A stretch of DNA of 64,000 nucleotides from positions 44,020,001 to 44,084,000 of the forward strand of contig OZ024740.1 in NCBI GenBank assembly GCA_964016885.1, read 5' to 3'. The stretch's first letter is position 1. Each line of letters starts with the position of its first letter. Below, piece by piece: positions 56,945 through 64,000 of the stretch. Below the pieces are notes generated by a model. The model had not been told where the DNA came from, did no database searches, and worked only from the letters and a program-made list of their open reading frames with translations. The DNA is from Eledone cirrhosa. Taxonomy: Eukaryota. The translations under genes and the position numbers were made by a program.

Positions 56945-59900
56945 AAGATTCTTTCAGTAGAAAATGTTCAAGAGATTTTTTCAGTGAGATATCAAAACAT
57001 AAATTCATTTGCAATACCGGTTTCAGTATTATATGCATTGTCAATTGCGTATATGTAGAATATTGTTAAGCTGCATATTTGTACAAATAGTGATAATAAT
57101 AACAATGAAAATAAAAAGGGGAAGAAAAATTAATTTTCACATACATGTTCATTCAGAGAAGAGAGTTCATTGCTCTGTCCATCCTTCTCTGCTTATAGCT
57201 TGGTTGTGACCGGTAGTAGGAGAGGGTAGAGGAAGGGGGGAATAATAATAATAAGGAGGAGGAGGAGGAGGAGGAGGAGGAGGAGGAGGAGGAGGAGGAG
57301 GAGGAAAGGGATAGTTGCGTTGGCAGACTGCTGTGAGAGTCCCTTTGAGGAGTGGATACAAGTTCCAGCTGGGATTGGTTTGAAAGGCCGGGTGATCAGT
57401 CCTTATGGAGGGAGAATATTATACAACCTTAGTACTCTCATCTTTAGAAGACGAAACATACTACGAAAGGGCTCAACACTACAGCCAACAGAAAATAATG
57501 AGAAACCTAAAAACAACCCTTTACAGAGGACTTACCGACAAGGGATACAAGTATATCACTGACTTCAAAAGCAAACCCAGCCTTTTCTACGGTATCCCTA
57601 AGATACATAAATGCGAAAAAATAAGTAAGGAAGCTACAAACATATTCATCAATGTCCCCCTCACCCAATGACCTCAAATTAAGACCTATAATAGCAGGTA
57701 CGGTTTATGAAACCCACCGCCTCAGCAACTTCCTAGATATCCTGTTAAACCCATTCCTGAAACGCATTGAAAGCTACATAAGGGATGACCTTGATATGCT
57801 CAACCACCTCCCCAAAACACTTAATAATGAACATACCCTACTAGTGTCTTTTGATGTAGTCAACCTTTATTCCAATATCCCACACAACCTAGGAATAGAG
57901 ACAATCCAATCCTGGTTAGAAAATTACCTCAATGAACTACCACACCGCATCATAAAAGAATTCGCAATAGAAGGGCTCAAATTTATCTTGGAGAATAACT
58001 ACTCCGAATTCGATGCCAAATCCTACAGACAGAAATCCGGGACTGCCATGGACACGAAAACGGCCCCCTCTTACGCCAACCTTGTTATGGGATACTTGGA
58101 AATCACCCTCTACCGAAAAGTACTAGATAAATACGGAAAGCCCTTCTACCTCCAGATAGAAAAAAAAATGGAAGAGATATGTGGATGATTTCTTCATCCT
58201 CTGGCATGAAAGTATTAGAAAGACATTGAATTTAAAACATTTCTTAATTGACTCAACACAAACATTCAATTTACAATGGAATGAACAACTTCCTTTCCTC
58301 GACATCCTTATCAAGAAATCCAACAACAAAATAGAAACAGACTTATACTATAAACCCACAGACTCCAAACAGTATCTTCCATTCAACTTATGCCACCTTA
58401 GACACACCAAAATGAGTATTCCTTACAACCTAGCCAAAAAGATCTGCACAATAGTATCTGATAAATACACATGCTACATACGACTAGAAGAAATAAAGAT
58501 TATTAGCAGGAATTACCCACAATCCCTAATCAACAATGGATTCCAACGTGCCCTAAAGCTCAACATCCAGGAACTTAGACACCCTAAACCGAGGAAAGAA
58601 TCAAACTGAAAACTATACCTTACATCTCCTCACACAACCCCCTTAACAATGAAGGACTCGACACCACCCTCCAGAACATACCCTTACTAAAAAGAGACCT
58701 AAGAATGAATCAAATCCTCCAAACACACAATATCATAAAGAGCAAAAGACAACCCAAATCAATAAAAAAACATCCTTACAATGGCCAAAGTCCAGCCGAC
58801 CCTCACAATGAGCCCTACAGTAAAAAAAATGCGGAAGACCCAACTGTAGTATATGTACCAATCTAATAGAGGGATCGGAGTTCCACTTCAAACAAGGACA
58901 ACACTTTACAGTTAAACACAATTTCACATGTGCATCAGCAAACCTGATCTATGTGTTGACCTGCTCAGGTTGTCGAGAACACTACATAGGACAGACCAAA
59001 AACAGCCTCCGACAACGTATGACGGTCCATAGTTCCCAAATCAAAATATGGGAATACAGAAAGACAGCACTGAGTGAACACATCGTGACCTGCGCTTTTA
59101 ATGAACAACCCAATCTTAGAATTTTTCCCATCTACAAATTTAAAGACAACGCTTCCTACATCCAGCGCATTAGCAAGGAATCACAATTTATCGCCAAATA
59201 CTAAACCATTCTAAATGCTTCCACTTCGAACTAAACTAAAGCTGGTACACTTTAAAATTAACACCCTAGACAACTTAACCCTTTAGCAATGTATCCTTCT
59301 CCAAGATTCCAGCAACCTCTGGCAACTATATAATGCAGACCATGCAACCACATATAAACACCTACATCAGCTAGCCCTGGGGGACTTCCCCGAAGATAAT
59401 CGGATAAATGGAAGCATTCAGGTGTCAAACTAAATGCTTTACATTCCTCTGAATCTGGAAGTTTCTGCTGAAGATAGAATGGGCATTCCAGTGGCTCTGA
59501 ACCCCTTTTAGTGACATATTTTCTCTATTCCCCAAAATCTGAAATTTCGGCTAGGGGTAGAATTAGCATCTCAATAACTCGTAATCTTCTTTGTGGCCAA
59601 AAAATCCAAGGTTAATGTTGATTTTTTCCAAGAGAAAATACCAAGATAGATATTTCTAGAAGCAATCACCCCCCCCCCCCCCCACCCCATCCCGGTCAAC
59701 TCTAAGGTCACCCGGCTTTTCAAACCAATCCCAGCTGGAACTTGTATCCACTCCTCAAAGGGACTTTCACAGCAGTCTGCCAACGCAACTATCCCCTGCA
59801 TCATCATCCTCCTTATTCTCCTTTACCCCCTTCCTCTACCCGCTCATACTACCAGTCACAACCAAGCTATAAGCAGAGAAGGATGGACAGAGCAATGAAC

Positions 59901-60132
59901 TCTCTTCTCTGAATGAACATATATGTGAAAATTAATTTTTCTTCCCCTTTTTATTTTCATTGTTATTATTATTATTATTATTATCGCTATTTGTACAAAT
60001 ATGCAGCTTAATAATATTCTGCATATCATCAATTGATAATGCATATAATGCTGAAACCGGTATTGCAAATAAATTAATGTTTTGATATTTCACTGAAAAG
60101 ATTTCTTCAACATTTTCTACTGAAAGAATCTT
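56945..60132 (+). mobile_element. Degenerate PLE (Neptune-like) bracketed by ~450-bp inverted terminal repeats
   Basis: FYGIPKIHK, LRPIIAG, FDVVNLYSNIP, GTAM..APSYANLVMG, DDFF, PFLDILI, YKPTD, CSGC..YIGQT..RQR..H; arms ~56945-57395 and ~59708-60132. Confidence 0.9.
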
Positions 60133-60188
60133 TTTCCATTCTACTATTTGTTTTGATATATATCAACTCATGTGTTACTTTTCAACAT

Positions 60189-60284
<96 letters not shown>

Positions 60285-60293
60285 GAGAGGGGG

Positions 60294-61120
60294 GGGATGA
60301 AAAATGGCGTGCTGCGTTGTTGCAGATGTGATACATATGAATTAAAAAGTAGAGTAAGAAGCCAGGACTATTCGTCATCAATGATCTTCTGGCCATTATA
60401 GTTATTTCTTCGCATTAAAGATCATATACCTCAGGCCAGCGCGAGCAATAACTAAATAAAGTTATTGGAATAAAAAGAATTGGGTGGAGAAAGAGAGTCA
60501 TGTAAACAAACAAGAATGGTAAGGCAACGTAATGGGTGAAAAATCAAGCCAGTGATACAAGTGAACATAAGATCTGGCGAATCATTGACGAGAAGACGAA
60601 AGACGCATCCAAGCCATGCGAAATGTGAGCGAGAAAAGAATTTCACACAGGCCAGACAGGTGGGAGTGAAAGAGGGTGAGTAGCCGAGAGTGAGTGAGTG
60701 AAAGTGTGAGGAAGAGGCTAGCCGAGAGAGGGTAACTAGCAGAGGGGGTGAATGAAAGTAAGAGGTACAAGGAGAGAAAAGGGGGAGAGAGAAAGAGGAT
60801 AGCAGTAAGGGAAGAGAAAGAGGATAGCAGTAAGGGAAGATAAAGAGACAGGTCACAGCGAAGGGAAAAAATATAGGGATGAAAAATGGCGTGCTGCGTT
60901 GTTGCGGATGTGATACATATGAATTAAAAAATACAGTAAGAAGCCAGGACTATCCTGTTTACATGTCTCTCTTTCTCCACCAAATTATTTTTATCCCAAT
61001 AACTTTATTTAGTTATTGCTCGCTGGTATATGATCTTTAATGCGAAGAAATACCTATGATGGCCAGAAGATAACTGATGACGGATAGTCCTGGCTTCTTA
61101 CTCTATTTTTTAATTCATAT
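60294..61120. mobile_element. Non-coding element: ~582-bp partial tandem followed by an inverted copy, between microsatellites
   Basis: gggatgaaaaatggcgtgctgcg at 60294 and 60876; 60956-61120 is the reverse complement of ~60340-60508. Confidence 0.8.
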
Positions 61121-61122
61121 AC

Positions 61123-64000
<2,878 letters not shown>

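Overview
AT-rich eukaryotic (animal) intergenic or intronic DNA with very long (TA)n, (CA)n and (GA)n microsatellites and almost entirely repeat-derived. The SINE families and repeat landscape look like octopus/cephalopod DNA (inference from recall, no search run). No host gene is supportable. The window holds at least five Penelope-like retroelements (PLEs; RT plus GIY-YIG), RTE, Tx1-like and R4/Dong-like LINE fragments, an internally deleted Helitron and many tRNA-derived SINEs. The strongest signal is about 20 hand-folded type I hammerhead ribozyme motifs (stem I-CUGANGA-stem II-GAAA-stem III-UH-stem I'). They sit in PLE ends and in short non-coding units inserted in (TA)n. These units occur as partial tandems (468, 519, 556 and ~582 bp periods; retrozyme-like) or near-perfect fold-back palindromes. 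Several carry a U3-A8 core covariant. All folds were done by eye and need computational and biochemical confirmation.
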